Positions 14,555-23,638 of a stretch of DNA of 39,142 nt are shown here, in pieces. How positions within the stretch are numbered: position 1 is the stretch's first letter; each line of letters opens with the position of its first letter. The notes under the pieces were generated by a model. That model made no database searches and was not told the origin of the DNA. It saw nothing but the letters and a program-made list of their open reading frames with translations. Source of the DNA: a virus. The translations under genes and the position numbers were made by a program. Location: the IMG/VR virus record IMGVR_UViG_3300045988_157503, positions 1 to 39,142 of that record; one strand, 5' to 3'.

Positions 14555-16393
14555 TTAATCTCCTTTATAATAACTTCCTATCATATAAACAACACATATA
14601 GAATTAAAGTTCATATTACTATTTTCTTTGTTTTCAACATATAAAGAAAAGAAAGATAGCTTTTTGGCTTTCTTTCTTATAATTGTTGTTTTAGGATATG
14701 TTGAATTGGTATAAACTTTAGACAAAACTTGTTTATCTCCATTTTTTAATCTATATCCTATATCTAATTGTGAATTTGTAGGGTTACTTGATATAGCAAC
14801 CCTTTTTATATTCTTCTTGTTGGCTATATTATTTAAATCTAATATAACAGAGTTCCATTCCGCTTCTACATTATCTGTATTATCTTTAAACCTATTTTCA
14901 TCATTATTATCTCTAAACTTGCATATATTTCCATATTTATCTCCAAAATACAACTCATTATTCCATACAAACCATATCTTCACTGGTAAATTAGTCCAAT
15001 AAAACCACTCATACTGATAATTACTATATTTTGAATTACTATTAGTTGTTTTGAATCTACTATCTGCTACATAAACATGATCGTTAATTGCTAAGTAATA
15101 TTTTCCATCATTTGATATTCCTACTGCGTTCTTTAAATTAGGTTCTTGCTTCAATTTTGTATCAATGTAGTAACTCTTATGATATACATATATTTCATCT
15201 GTTAAAGTTGCTGTATTTAATGCAAATACCCCATTAGATGTTAGTATCAAAGGTTCATTTATTAATGTATCATGTGCGTAATTGCTTATATTTCCCTCAC
15301 CTTTTACACTGCCTTCAATGTTAAACTTTTCTTCACTATTAAATGTTGCGTATCCTATTCTAAACAATGTCGCATCTGTATCTGATACATCTTTTAATGC
15401 TGCCATTTTCCCATCGTTCAATCTAACTAATCCTGTTAGTGGTACAACTTCTAAACCTGCTACAATTGTATTGTCTGCTGGTATATAAGTAATGTTATTA
15501 ATATGCGAATAACTTATTATATTTGGCAAATCTGGGTTTCCTGCCATAAATACCCTATTGTTGGCTCCTGCATATCCATAGACACACATCATATTGCATT
15601 TGTTAATTTGAGCTTTATTGCTCTCAATTATTTTTTTATATTTAATTCTTACATTATCTTTATTATCTATTACTGGTTTTCCAACTGCTGAACTAAATAT
15701 AACTTGTCCTTTACTTAAATCTACCCTATAATCTCCATCATTTACTTTTTTTATAACCCATTCAGCATTTTCATTCAAAACTTCTACTAATTCTACAGAT
15801 GTTATATCTGTATCGTCTAATTGATATGTTGTATCAGTTTCTGTACTTGTAAATAAATTGATTCTACTGTCTGACATTAAATTTACTTGCTCATAAATTT
15901 GACTTGCTAATCCATTAGGAGCTCTTGCTATTCGTGTTGTAGGAATATATCCCATTTCATCTAAATATTTAACTTTATTAGTACTTTCTAATAAATCATA
16001 TACTACTGCTCTATTCCCATCTAAAATAAGCAATTTTGAGTTAATTATAACTCCTTGCGATATAGTATTCGCTAATCCTGTTAATATTTCTGTATAGCTA
16101 CTGAAGTCTGTTTTCATTTCATATAGTTTAGTACCACAATGCACAATAAAAAATTCTCCCGACACAGTATCTACATTCCATATTCCATTAATGTTAGCTT
16201 TTTGTCCCAAGTAAGCTAACACTTTATATCCGTTTCTCTTTTCTATTGTTCCATTGTTATTTATAAAATTATATCCTCTAGGACTTCTTCTTTTATCTAT
16301 ATCTGATATTGAAGAGCTGAAATCTACACCCAAAAATCCTGTTAAATTTGCTTCGTATGTTGTTGGACTTGAAGGAACGTTAAAGTTTGCCAT
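14555..16393 (-). CDS. Virion structural protein (612 aa; putative tail/nozzle component)
   Basis: A large ORF in the structural block, 1 nt from its neighbours. No family assigned. Confidence 0.5.
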   Translation of the reverse strand: MANFNVPSSPTTYEANLTGFLGVDFSSSISDIDKRRSPRGYNFINNNGTIEKRNGYKVLAYLGQKANINGIWNVDTVSGEFFIVHCGTKLYEMKTDFSSYTEILTGLANTISQGVIINSKLLILDGNRAVVYDLLESTNKVKYLDEMGYIPTTRIARAPNGLASQIYEQVNLMSDSRINLFTSTETDTTYQLDDTDITSVELVEVLNENAEWVIKKVNDGDYRVDLSKGQVIFSSAVGKPVIDNKDNVRIKYKKIIESNKAQINKCNMMCVYGYAGANNRVFMAGNPDLPNIISYSHINNITYIPADNTIVAGLEVVPLTGLVRLNDGKMAALKDVSDTDATLFRIGYATFNSEEKFNIEGSVKGEGNISNYAHDTLINEPLILTSNGVFALNTATLTDEIYVYHKSYYIDTKLKQEPNLKNAVGISNDGKYYLAINDHVYVADSRFKTTNSNSKYSNYQYEWFYWTNLPVKIWFVWNNELYFGDKYGNICKFRDNNDENRFKDNTDNVEAEWNSVILDLNNIANKKNIKRVAISSNPTNSQLDIGYRLKNGDKQVLSKVYTNSTYPKTTIIRKKAKKLSFFSLYVENKENSNMNFNSICVVYMIGSYYKGD

Positions 16394-16394
16394 A

Positions 16395-16826
16395 CTAATA
16401 TACCTCTTCTATACTTTCTTGATTTTCTACATTGATATATAAATCTTGTAATCCTACTTCAAATTCATTTCTATATGCGGTCGCCTGTGATATATCATCA
16501 TCTTTATATAATTGACTAGCAATATATAAAGGAATTAGCACACAAGCTTCTTCTGGTAGTTCTATTTCGTAAGCATCTTTCGTTGTATTATCTATTTTAG
16601 TAATACTCGTTTTATTATATTTTTTATTTTCCTCATCATACTTATATAAGTTCATTACATATGGTTTAATTCTCTGTATAGCTTCATTTGTGACTGCTGG
16701 CATAGCACTCAAGTACCATTTACAGTCATCATCATTTCTTAATTCTGTCAAATTGTTTACAGTTATAGGCTCATCTTTTGCGAACATCTTTTGTAGTGAT
16801 ATTATTTGTATTTCTCCCCAAGTCAT
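16395..16826 (-). CDS. Hypothetical virion protein (143 aa; position suggests a head-tail adaptor)
   Basis: The ORF-track ORF starts at GTG 16838. The ATG at 16826 has GGAGG at 5-nt spacing. Confidence 0.5.
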   Translation of the reverse strand: MTWGEIQIISLQKMFAKDEPITVNNLTELRNDDDCKWYLSAMPAVTNEAIQRIKPYVMNLYKYDEENKKYNKTSITKIDNTTKDAYEIELPEEACVLIPLYIASQLYKDDDISQATAYRNEFEVGLQDLYINVENQESIEEVY

Positions 16827-16891
16827 ATTTTCCTCCACTTCTGCTAGAATCGAACTAGCTTATTCCTTTTAAAGTGATATATTAGGCTAGA

Positions 16892-17110
16892 TTATACTAG
16901 CCCTGCATTTCTTAATTGCTCAAAAACTGGTCTTGTTACATCAGTTTCTTCGCCTCTTACTATTTTTGCATATTTTTCATTAATACCTACAATGATTTCT
17001 TTATCCTGTGGGTTTAATTTATCTATCGGAATCAATATTTTAATTGTTTCTTCGTTCTTATTCTCTTTTTCTGTTTTCTTTATTTCTTGTTCAATTTTTT
17101 TAGTAGCCAT
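16892..17110 (-). CDS. Hypothetical 72-aa protein downstream of the capsid gene
   Basis: RBS is AGGTGGAG. The N-terminal coding sequence duplicates 25 nt of its own leader. Confidence 0.55.
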   Translation of the reverse strand: MATKKIEQEIKKTEKENKNEETIKILIPIDKLNPQDKEIIVGINEKYAKIVRGEETDVTRPVFEQLRNAGLV

Positions 17111-17148
17111 TTTTTCTCCACCTTTCTTATTCTCTTTTTCTGTTTTCT
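17055..17148. repeat. 25-nt perfect direct repeat pair (17055-17079 and 17124-17148)
   Basis: TTCTTATTCTCTTTTTCTGTTTTCT appears twice. One copy is inside codons 11-19 of the 72-aa ORF and the other is in its 5' leader. Confidence 0.9.
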
Positions 17149-17149
17149 A

Positions 17150-17173
17150 AAAATGAAGGGGCTTTTACGCCCC
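17150..17173 (-). terminator. Putative terminator after the major capsid gene
   Basis: GGGGC-TTTTAC-GCCCC stem (17158-17173) with an upstream A-rich run on the plus strand. The stem is short (5 bp, all GC). Confidence 0.4.
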
Positions 17174-17178
17174 CTGTG

Positions 17179-18141
17179 TTAGGCTTTTACACCTGTTTCA
17201 ACTCTTACTAAAGCAAGAGGTTGAGTAATAACAGCTGTAAAACAGTTTTTCCAACCAACACTTGCTCTTTGGTTTAATGGATCTGAAGTACCTGCAGAAC
17301 CGTTAGGTTTTACTATAATTTCAGGCTTTCCTGCTCCACCTTCTAGGTCAACACATGCATAAGCATCTTTTCCATATGCGTACGCAATATGTACAGCTAT
17401 CTTTGTGCTCTCTGCTGAACTATTAACAACAGATAAGTTAGTTGTCTCAAAGAATTTCATACCATGCATTTTTCCAAGTTCGCCTTTAACCATTTGTTCT
17501 GGTTTTGCATATTTAGAAACATCAACCCATGAACTATCACTCATTAAATCATAAGCGATGTCTGGGTCAACTTGCATGTGATAGAAGCCATCTGCAAATC
17601 TTTTAGCATTTGCATTTTTTAATTTTCTTACAATTTTTTTGATGTCTTCTGCAGTTAAATTTTTAGTTGTAGCAGATTCTAATCCTGCTCTTGTTGTTGC
17701 ACTTCCAGCAAAATACACATTTGTGCCTCCAGCAATCGCTGTTTGAATACGAGTATCGACAACATTTCCTGCTTCTTCTCCAAGTAATTCTGAGGTTTCA
17801 GTAATAACAGGGTCAATACCTGTCATTTGAATTAAGTCAGAAAATTCTACGAAGTCGCCTTCTTGTGCAACAGTTGCTGTTACTGTTGTAATATTTAAGT
17901 TGTTTCCGTCTGGTGTTTTACCTTCTGTTAAAGAAGATGTTGGTGCAGTTAATGAATTAAATTTTCTAAAATTCATTGTTCTGCCTGAATTTTTAGGTAA
18001 TTTTTTCTTCATTGCATCCTTATAAAAGTTTAGTTGTGGTAATAATCTTGTTAATAGTGTTTTCTCATAAAAAGTCTTATCCTCTGCTGATAATTGATTT
18101 TGGTTTGTTACATTTGTTATAACTTGTGTTTTTGTAGCCAT
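17179..18141 (-). CDS. Major capsid protein (HK97 fold, N4-gp56-like family)
   Basis: Position after the scaffold gene. FYEKTLLTRLLPQLNFYKDAMKKKLPKNSGRTMNFRKFNSL...LTEGKTP...FVEFSDL fits the pattern I recall for N4-gp56-family capsid proteins. Confidence 0.8.
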   Translation of the reverse strand: MATKTQVITNVTNQNQLSAEDKTFYEKTLLTRLLPQLNFYKDAMKKKLPKNSGRTMNFRKFNSLTAPTSSLTEGKTPDGNNLNITTVTATVAQEGDFVEFSDLIQMTGIDPVITETSELLGEEAGNVVDTRIQTAIAGGTNVYFAGSATTRAGLESATTKNLTAEDIKKIVRKLKNANAKRFADGFYHMQVDPDIAYDLMSDSSWVDVSKYAKPEQMVKGELGKMHGMKFFETTNLSVVNSSAESTKIAVHIAYAYGKDAYACVDLEGGAGKPEIIVKPNGSAGTSDPLNQRASVGWKNCFTAVITQPLALVRVETGVKA

Positions 18142-18205
18142 TTTAATTTCCTCCCTTATTTTTAATTTTTTGGCATTAAAAAATAGCTACTTATCTTGTA
18201 AGTAA

Positions 18206-19018
18206 CTATTTTAACTCGCCGTCTTTGGCTTTTTGAATATATTTCTCAAATTGTTCATTCGACATACTGTTCCAGTCTAGGTCTTGAACTTCTGTATCTT
18301 CAATTGCACCTGGTGTAGTCGAATTATTAGCTACAATTTGCTTTGCTGTATCAACTGATTTCTTTTCAAACTTGCTTATGAATTTTTGATAGTCTTCATA
18401 TATTTGTGCTAGTGGCACAGTACCTATCTTTCCATTTGCAAAACTATTAAAGTCCTCGTCTTTAGTAAGCTCTTGTAGCTTCTCAACTGAATATTTATCA
18501 ACAAAATCTTTAGTATCATTTTGATACCAAATCTCTTGTTTGCTTTGTTCTTCAGCTTTTATTTTTGCTTCAGCTTCTTTTCTAGCTTTGTCCTTTTGAA
18601 GTTCTCTATAGCCTGTTATAGGGTCTTCTCCTTTTGAATCTAATTCATACATATCTAGGTATTCTTGTACATCGTATTCGTCTTTAATGGTTTGACCTGT
18701 ATAAGGATTATTTCTTCCTATATACGATTGTACCTTACCTTGATTCAAGCCTTGCTCATACGCTTCTTTTCTTGCTTGCTCAATCTGCTTTTTAGCATCT
18801 TCTTGAACTTTTCTACGAATACTTGCATATTTTGCATTTTCTTCATTAGATTGCTTTTCTGTCTCTTGTTCTTCTTGCTCTTCTACCTCTTCTACTTGCT
18901 CTGTAACTTGTTCAGAAACTTGCTCAGTAGTTTCAGTTTCATTAGCAGTATTTTCAACCACTTCTTCTTGTTCAGCGACTTCAAGATTGTTTACGCTTTC
19001 ATTTACTTCTTCTTTCAT
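18206..19018 (-). CDS. Capsid scaffolding protein (270 aa, acidic coiled-coil)
   Basis: Sits between portal and capsid genes. It has a Glu-rich N-terminus and a long helical Lys/Glu region, like DUF4355. Confidence 0.7.
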   Translation of the reverse strand: MKEEVNESVNNLEVAEQEEVVENTANETETTEQVSEQVTEQVEEVEEQEEQETEKQSNEENAKYASIRRKVQEDAKKQIEQARKEAYEQGLNQGKVQSYIGRNNPYTGQTIKDEYDVQEYLDMYELDSKGEDPITGYRELQKDKARKEAEAKIKAEEQSKQEIWYQNDTKDFVDKYSVEKLQELTKDEDFNSFANGKIGTVPLAQIYEDYQKFISKFEKKSVDTAKQIVANNSTTPGAIEDTEVQDLDWNSMSNEQFEKYIQKAKDGELK

Positions 19019-19070
19019 AAGTATCCTTTCTATTATGAGATTTTTACGCTATTCACTGCGAATTTATATA

Positions 19071-19094
19071 AAAAAATAACTCTATAGAGAGTTA
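19071..19094 (-). terminator. Rho-independent terminator after the portal gene
   Basis: TAACTCT-ATAG-AGAGTTA (19077-19094) preceded on the plus strand by AAAAAA, which gives T7 after the hairpin on the minus strand. Confidence 0.5.
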
Positions 19095-19110
19095 CTGTTT
19101 ATATCATTGT

Positions 19111-20856
19111 TTATTGCCCTGCATTTGCAGATACTGGTGTTTCTGCTTGTTGAATTATTTGCATCACGTATTGTAATATTTGTGGATTTTGTGCTATCTT
19201 CTGACTTATCTCAGGTGGCAATAATTGTTTCTTTCTTATTTCCTTTAGTTTAGCCTTAAATGGCATTGCAGTATCTGGATATAAGTCAATATAATCATCA
19301 AATGTTATATCTCCTCTTTGTAACGCTTGTTCCAATAAATTAATTGACAGACTCTCACTATATGCACTTCCTGGTCCAACGTCTACAGTTGTTTCAAAGT
19401 CTATATCTCTATACATCGCTCCATTAAACACATTGATTTCTGCATTGTTATCTTCTTCTACCATATACTCCGTATCAAAATTATAATAAGCCTTAAAGAA
19501 TTGTTCCCACACTCTTGCTATCTTTTCGTGCACTCTCCAAAATCTCTTTTGAATATCTTCAATAGGTACTTTAGCTTGTGTTTGTAGTGCTACTATAGCA
19601 CTACCACTCATATTCTTGCCTAACACTTCTCCATTTGCAACTTCTGTTGCTCCTGTAACAACTCTTGTTACTTCCAATAGCTTGTCTGATATGGTTATAG
19701 GCATACTACTAAACGCTGGTGGATTTAAGTACTTAATTCCATTAAACATTGGGCTATAATCTGTTATTACTTCTCCTGGTTTATTTGTTATCGTTTTGCC
19801 TTGTAACGCTCTTGGATGTAATATAACTTTCGGAAATCCCATATTTTGAGATGCCATTTGCATCATTGCATAGTTAAAGTTAATAGCTTTTTGCGTAGGG
19901 ATAAGTTGTTCTACTTCTCCTATACCATAAATGCTTTTTTCTCTTTCCTCGTGGTTTCCTACCACAATAGGATATAATGACATCTTATATTGAGAATGTT
20001 CTGGTTTATCTATATCAACTGCCTCGTTGTCTTCGTTCGTCTTATCTTCTTCATCTATATCTAACTTAACTTTTGTCGCATCTGGCGTTAATGGTGTTTC
20101 AGGTTGTACTATCATATTTTTACAACTTTTAATATAATATACTTCCCCATTTTTTCTGAAATATCGTGTAAGCACTGTCGCATATTCTTCTCCGTCTTGC
20201 TCTTCATAATCGTAATTTCTCTCGCTGTCGTCATCAGATGTTATTAGTTCTATTTCTGTTTCGCTTATTCCATTTTTCTCTGCTATCTTTTTAAGTGTTT
20301 GTACATTCTCTCGACTTTGAATAATAATCCACTTTTGTTTTTGCTCGTCTTTTTGCTTTGGATTAGCAAATACAATATTTAGACAGTCTATTATTTGACC
20401 ATTTAGCCCACCATTAAATTTTGCCATTCCAGTTGTGCTTTCTCTATCCCAAAAATAATGAAACACATAAGTTCCTTTTTTAAGTCCATCTAATATTGCT
20501 CTATCGTCTAAATCTTCTTGTTTGATTTCCTTTCTAATATGATTAGCAAAACTAGTAAAAGCACTAGCTCCCTTAGTTGCTATGTCTGACTGATCTTGAC
20601 TATATACTAATGGTTTATATATTGTTGATATTTTACTCGATAGGATATTTGCTTTTTTACCATTTACTATATATTTTATAATGTTGATTACCGGCCTTGG
20701 CATATTTTTTGTTTTCTCAGTTGCTTGTGGCCATTGCCTTCCTTCAAAGAAATCTACGTTTTGTTCACAAGTTTCTTTTAATCTCAATTTCTTTTGATAA
20801 GCTAAACCTTGTTCCCAGTCGTTCCAAATTTTACTTGCTAATTCTTCTCTAGTCAT
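19111..20856 (-). CDS. Portal protein (581 aa)
   Basis: Size and position immediately downstream of the terminase large subunit. RBS is AAAGGAGAG. Confidence 0.75.
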   Translation of the reverse strand: MTREELASKIWNDWEQGLAYQKKLRLKETCEQNVDFFEGRQWPQATEKTKNMPRPVINIIKYIVNGKKANILSSKISTIYKPLVYSQDQSDIATKGASAFTSFANHIRKEIKQEDLDDRAILDGLKKGTYVFHYFWDRESTTGMAKFNGGLNGQIIDCLNIVFANPKQKDEQKQKWIIIQSRENVQTLKKIAEKNGISETEIELITSDDDSERNYDYEEQDGEEYATVLTRYFRKNGEVYYIKSCKNMIVQPETPLTPDATKVKLDIDEEDKTNEDNEAVDIDKPEHSQYKMSLYPIVVGNHEEREKSIYGIGEVEQLIPTQKAINFNYAMMQMASQNMGFPKVILHPRALQGKTITNKPGEVITDYSPMFNGIKYLNPPAFSSMPITISDKLLEVTRVVTGATEVANGEVLGKNMSGSAIVALQTQAKVPIEDIQKRFWRVHEKIARVWEQFFKAYYNFDTEYMVEEDNNAEINVFNGAMYRDIDFETTVDVGPGSAYSESLSINLLEQALQRGDITFDDYIDLYPDTAMPFKAKLKEIRKKQLLPPEISQKIAQNPQILQYVMQIIQQAETPVSANAGQ

Positions 20857-20858
20857 CG

Positions 20859-21071
20859 TTACTCTCCTTTCACTTCTCCAGTCATATACTCGTCATATAT
20901 ATTTGTTTCTTGATTTGTTTTTTCTGGACCGTTTAGCCATTCATTAAAAATTTGTTCTGCTGATGTTTGTTTTTCTGTTGCTTCTTTCTTGTCTGTTTTT
21001 TCAACAATTGTTTTGTATATAAATGGTGCTATTCCTAATACATAACCTACTACTACTGCTATTAATACCAT
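20859..21071 (-). CDS. Small N-terminally membrane-anchored protein (70 aa)
   Basis: RBS is GAGGAGGA. TM segment is VLIAVVVGYVLGIAPFIY. It overlaps the TerL 3' end by 10 nt. Confidence 0.5.
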   Translation of the reverse strand: MVLIAVVVGYVLGIAPFIYKTIVEKTDKKEATEKQTSAEQIFNEWLNGPEKTNQETNIYDEYMTGEVKGE

Positions 21072-22399
21072 ATATCTTCATCCTCCTCTTCTGTTTGTAA
21101 TTCAAAAGGTAACTCTTGTTTTTTTGGCATAAAAATAGGCTCTTGTGTCCAATAAACACAAAAACCTCTTATTGCATCCACCGAATGTGTTAACTCATGT
21201 GGTTCGTTTGCTATATCTCCAACTCTTTTCTCATCATGTTGTACTCGTGGCAAACATCTTATTAAGTTCTTACAAGTATTAAATATTTTTAATCTAGCTG
21301 TCATACAACCTTGCTCGTCTTTATATGGCTTTAGCCATTCTTTCATTTGTAGCCAACCTTGTATTCTGTCATTGTTAGTCTTATACAAGGTTATGTCTCC
21401 TTCTTCAAATATATCTGCTGTACTCTTACCTGTTTCTTTGTGCCTATTCCACAAATCTGGTGGCGCTAAATACAAATATATCTGTTCGTTTGTCATTTCT
21501 TTTATTTTATCTCTAGCTTGTGATACTAATAAATTACTTTCGTAGACCTCTCTAAACACATAAGCATTATTATTATAGTCTACTGCTATCCAGTAACCAG
21601 CCAGTTTGTCTAGTCCATAGTCCATAACAAAATAGATATACCAGTCTTTTGGTATTTCAAATGGTTCTATTACATGTATATCTCTTTTAAATTCTGTAAA
21701 AAACTGACCGTCAAAAATGTCCCAGTCACCATACTTTAAAGCTCTTCTTTCCTTTTCCGGTAAAGCATCTAATCTTTTTATATAATCTGGGTCATATGTT
21801 AGCATAAATTTATTATCTTGTACCAAACTAGGAATAAATATTCTTGTTGTGGTTTCTCCTGTTTCTAATTTACAAGTATGTATAACATTTGGTGCTCCTA
21901 TATCTATAAATCTTTCTTTTACCCAATTATGTCCAACTCCACCTGGATTTGTAGAGCTTTTTATACATTTAGGATATGGATTAGCTCCACGACATCTAGA
22001 TATCATATATGTGTACATAAATTCTGTAAAATGAGTCAATTCGTCAAAACGTATTACATCATATTCTGCTGATTGATACTGATATACATCTTTTTCATAT
22101 TGTATATAGCCAAAGTCTACAATACTCCCATTTTTAAATTTCCAAGTATGTTTAGAGCTGTTATAATCTGCTATAGATAATGGATACAAATCCATACTTG
22201 TTCTAATCAATGACTTTTCTAGATCTGCAAATGTACTTCTAAAAATAATTTGTTTACTTTTAGGATATTTTAATGCATATAATAGTCCATCAACTAGCTG
22301 TCCATAGCTTTTTCCTCCTCCTGCAGCTCCACCAAATAAAGTTTCAAAAGCTTGACTATCTATAAAAGCTTGCTGTTTTTTTGTTATTGAAACTTCCAT
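21062..22399 (-). CDS. terL: Terminase large subunit
   Basis: Walker A is FGGAAGGGKSYG, and a nuclease half follows. The ORF-track start is TTG at 22411. The first ATG (22399) lies 2 nt past the TerS stop. Confidence 0.85.
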   Translation of the reverse strand: MEVSITKKQQAFIDSQAFETLFGGAAGGGKSYGQLVDGLLYALKYPKSKQIIFRSTFADLEKSLIRTSMDLYPLSIADYNSSKHTWKFKNGSIVDFGYIQYEKDVYQYQSAEYDVIRFDELTHFTEFMYTYMISRCRGANPYPKCIKSSTNPGGVGHNWVKERFIDIGAPNVIHTCKLETGETTTRIFIPSLVQDNKFMLTYDPDYIKRLDALPEKERRALKYGDWDIFDGQFFTEFKRDIHVIEPFEIPKDWYIYFVMDYGLDKLAGYWIAVDYNNNAYVFREVYESNLLVSQARDKIKEMTNEQIYLYLAPPDLWNRHKETGKSTADIFEEGDITLYKTNNDRIQGWLQMKEWLKPYKDEQGCMTARLKIFNTCKNLIRCLPRVQHDEKRVGDIANEPHELTHSVDAIRGFCVYWTQEPIFMPKKQELPFELQTEEEDEDIWY

Positions 22400-22400
22400 A

Positions 22401-22781
22401 CTACTCAACAACCTTTATATCTACTTCAAATTTATTATTTACTGTGCTTTCTCCTTTTGCTAATGCTCGTTTATCATATAATGTTCCTATCACTGTCGAT
22501 AAATTATTAACTGGTATTTTCTCCTCTTCATCATCTAAAGCTTTTTCTAATCTTTTTAATGCTTTGTCTATTATTATATTTGCTTTATCTACAAATTCTT
22601 CTTTCTTTTCATTACATAGTTTTACAAATTCTGGTTTATCTTTGTTATCTTTGTATATTTTTTCCACTGTAGTAGTAGCAATACCCAACTGTCTTCCAGT
22701 TTCACTAAAATTGTTCGTACTAAACATACTTATCATTATCTTATATATAGTTTCGTTGTCTGTTTTCTTCCCTTTTGCCAT
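22401..22781 (-). CDS. terS: Terminase small subunit (126 aa, HTH-type)
   Basis: The ATG at 22781 is preceded by GGAGGGGAAAA. Product is MAKGKKTDNETIYKIM...TGRQLGIATTTVEKIY. It lies directly upstream of terL. Confidence 0.6.
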   Translation of the reverse strand: MAKGKKTDNETIYKIMISMFSTNNFSETGRQLGIATTTVEKIYKDNKDKPEFVKLCNEKKEEFVDKANIIIDKALKRLEKALDDEEEKIPVNNLSTVIGTLYDKRALAKGESTVNNKFEVDIKVVE

Positions 22782-22935
22782 TTTTCCCCTCCATATCTGC
22801 ACAAATTTCAAGATACGCACACTTCTCGCATTGCTTTTCTCCTTCAACGACGCACTTTTGTCTCTTTTTATTTGTATATGCTTTTCTTATTTTGTATTCC
22901 TCATCAATATATGACGCTATTATACTACCTTTCAT
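22741..22935 (-). CDS. Hypothetical Cys-rich 64-aa protein (CX8CX2CX5C)
   Basis: RBS AGAGG lies 7 nt upstream of the ATG at 22935. It overlaps the terS start by 41 nt in another frame, so its true 3' end is uncertain. Confidence 0.35.
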   Translation of the reverse strand: MKGSIIASYIDEEYKIRKAYTNKKRQKCVVEGEKQCEKCAYLEICADMEGKNGKREENRQRNYI

Positions 22936-22961
22936 CTAAATACCTCTTTTGTGTTTTTATT

Positions 22962-23049
22962 TGGCGGAGAGAGTAGGATTCGAACCTACGAAGGTTTTAC
23001 CCTTGCTAATTTTCAAGACTAGTACATTAAGCCACTCTGCCATCTCTCC
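22962..23049 (-). tRNA. tRNA-Ser (anticodon UGA), type II with long variable arm, CCA encoded
   Basis: Folded by hand from GGAGAGA-TG-GCA..TGT-A-CTAGT-CTTGAAA-ATTAG-[CAAGGGTAAAACCTTCG]-GTAGG-TTCGAAT-CCTAC-TCTCTCC-G-CCA. The acceptor stem is 7 bp, the loop has U33 and A37, the anticodon is TGA, and the discriminator is G. Confidence 0.85.
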
Positions 23050-23050
23050 A

Positions 23051-23084
23051 TTTTTGCATAAATAAAAGAGCCTATTACGGCTCT
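23051..23084 (-). terminator. Rho-independent terminator closing the two-gene cassette
   Basis: AGAGCC-TATTAC-GGCTCT (23067-23084) is followed on the minus strand by TTTATTTAT. It lies 13 nt past the stop of the 4-TM gene. Confidence 0.55.
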
Positions 23085-23097
23085 CTTTCTTGTATAT

Positions 23098-23616
23098 CTA
23101 ATCTATACTTTTAGGTGTTATTATGTTATCCTTATTTATTTCATTTACTCCATTTTTGGGTATTTCCTCTTTCATTACCGAATTTGCAATTCCAAAAAAA
23201 TATAATAGTGAAAAAATTAAATAAATCAGAAATAATATTGCTAGGCATATAAATATATTTAATGGTGTTTTTGATATAGTCATAGTATCATTATTATATA
23301 TTCCTGACACATAAAGTAGTGCTATTGCACTTGCGATTCCTGCAAATATTGTCATAAACCAATTCAAAAATAATACCTTCTCTTTTTTTTCTTTTACTAT
23401 TACTTTAATAATTTTTTTATCAAAAAAACCTATTACTATACTGATAGTTGTAATTAAAAAACCTACTAATATGCTAATAAAATTAATGCAGTTATTACTT
23501 ATCATATCAAAGTTATTTATTTTTATCTCATTTTTTAAAATATTATTAAATATAAAAAAGCATACCAAACTAATAATTAGAGGTACTAAAAATATCTTCC
23601 ATTCTTTTTTGTCCAT
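23098..23616 (-). CDS. Four-TM membrane protein (172 aa), second gene of the accessory cassette
   Basis: RBS AAGGAG is 5 nt before the ATG. Hydrophobic segments are at about aa 8-27, 44-65, 81-105 and 119-144, followed by a short polar C-tail. No family recognised. Confidence 0.7.
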   Translation of the reverse strand: MDKKEWKIFLVPLIISLVCFFIFNNILKNEIKINNFDMISNNCINFISILVGFLITTISIVIGFFDKKIIKVIVKEKKEKVLFLNWFMTIFAGIASAIALLYVSGIYNNDTMTISKTPLNIFICLAILFLIYLIFSLLYFFGIANSVMKEEIPKNGVNEINKDNIITPKSID

Positions 23617-23638
23617 AATTTCTCCTTATTAGATTTTA

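Noticed and set aside
8287-22914. Other antisense or nested ORFs inside structural genes (for example 8287..8508, 9817..10044, 10057..10353, 11450..11635, 13754..13984, 14817..15002, 15282..15691, 18665..19087, 21849..22072, 22381..22914)
   Set aside because: They are shadow ORFs of well-supported minus-strand genes. They have hydrophobic low-complexity products and no Shine-Dalgarno sequences.
22962-23049. Idea that the tRNA is a stop-codon suppressor indicating genetic-code reassignment
   Set aside because: The anticodon is UGA (reads UCA, Ser), not UCA, CUA or UUA. All major genes are long uninterrupted ORFs under the standard code.
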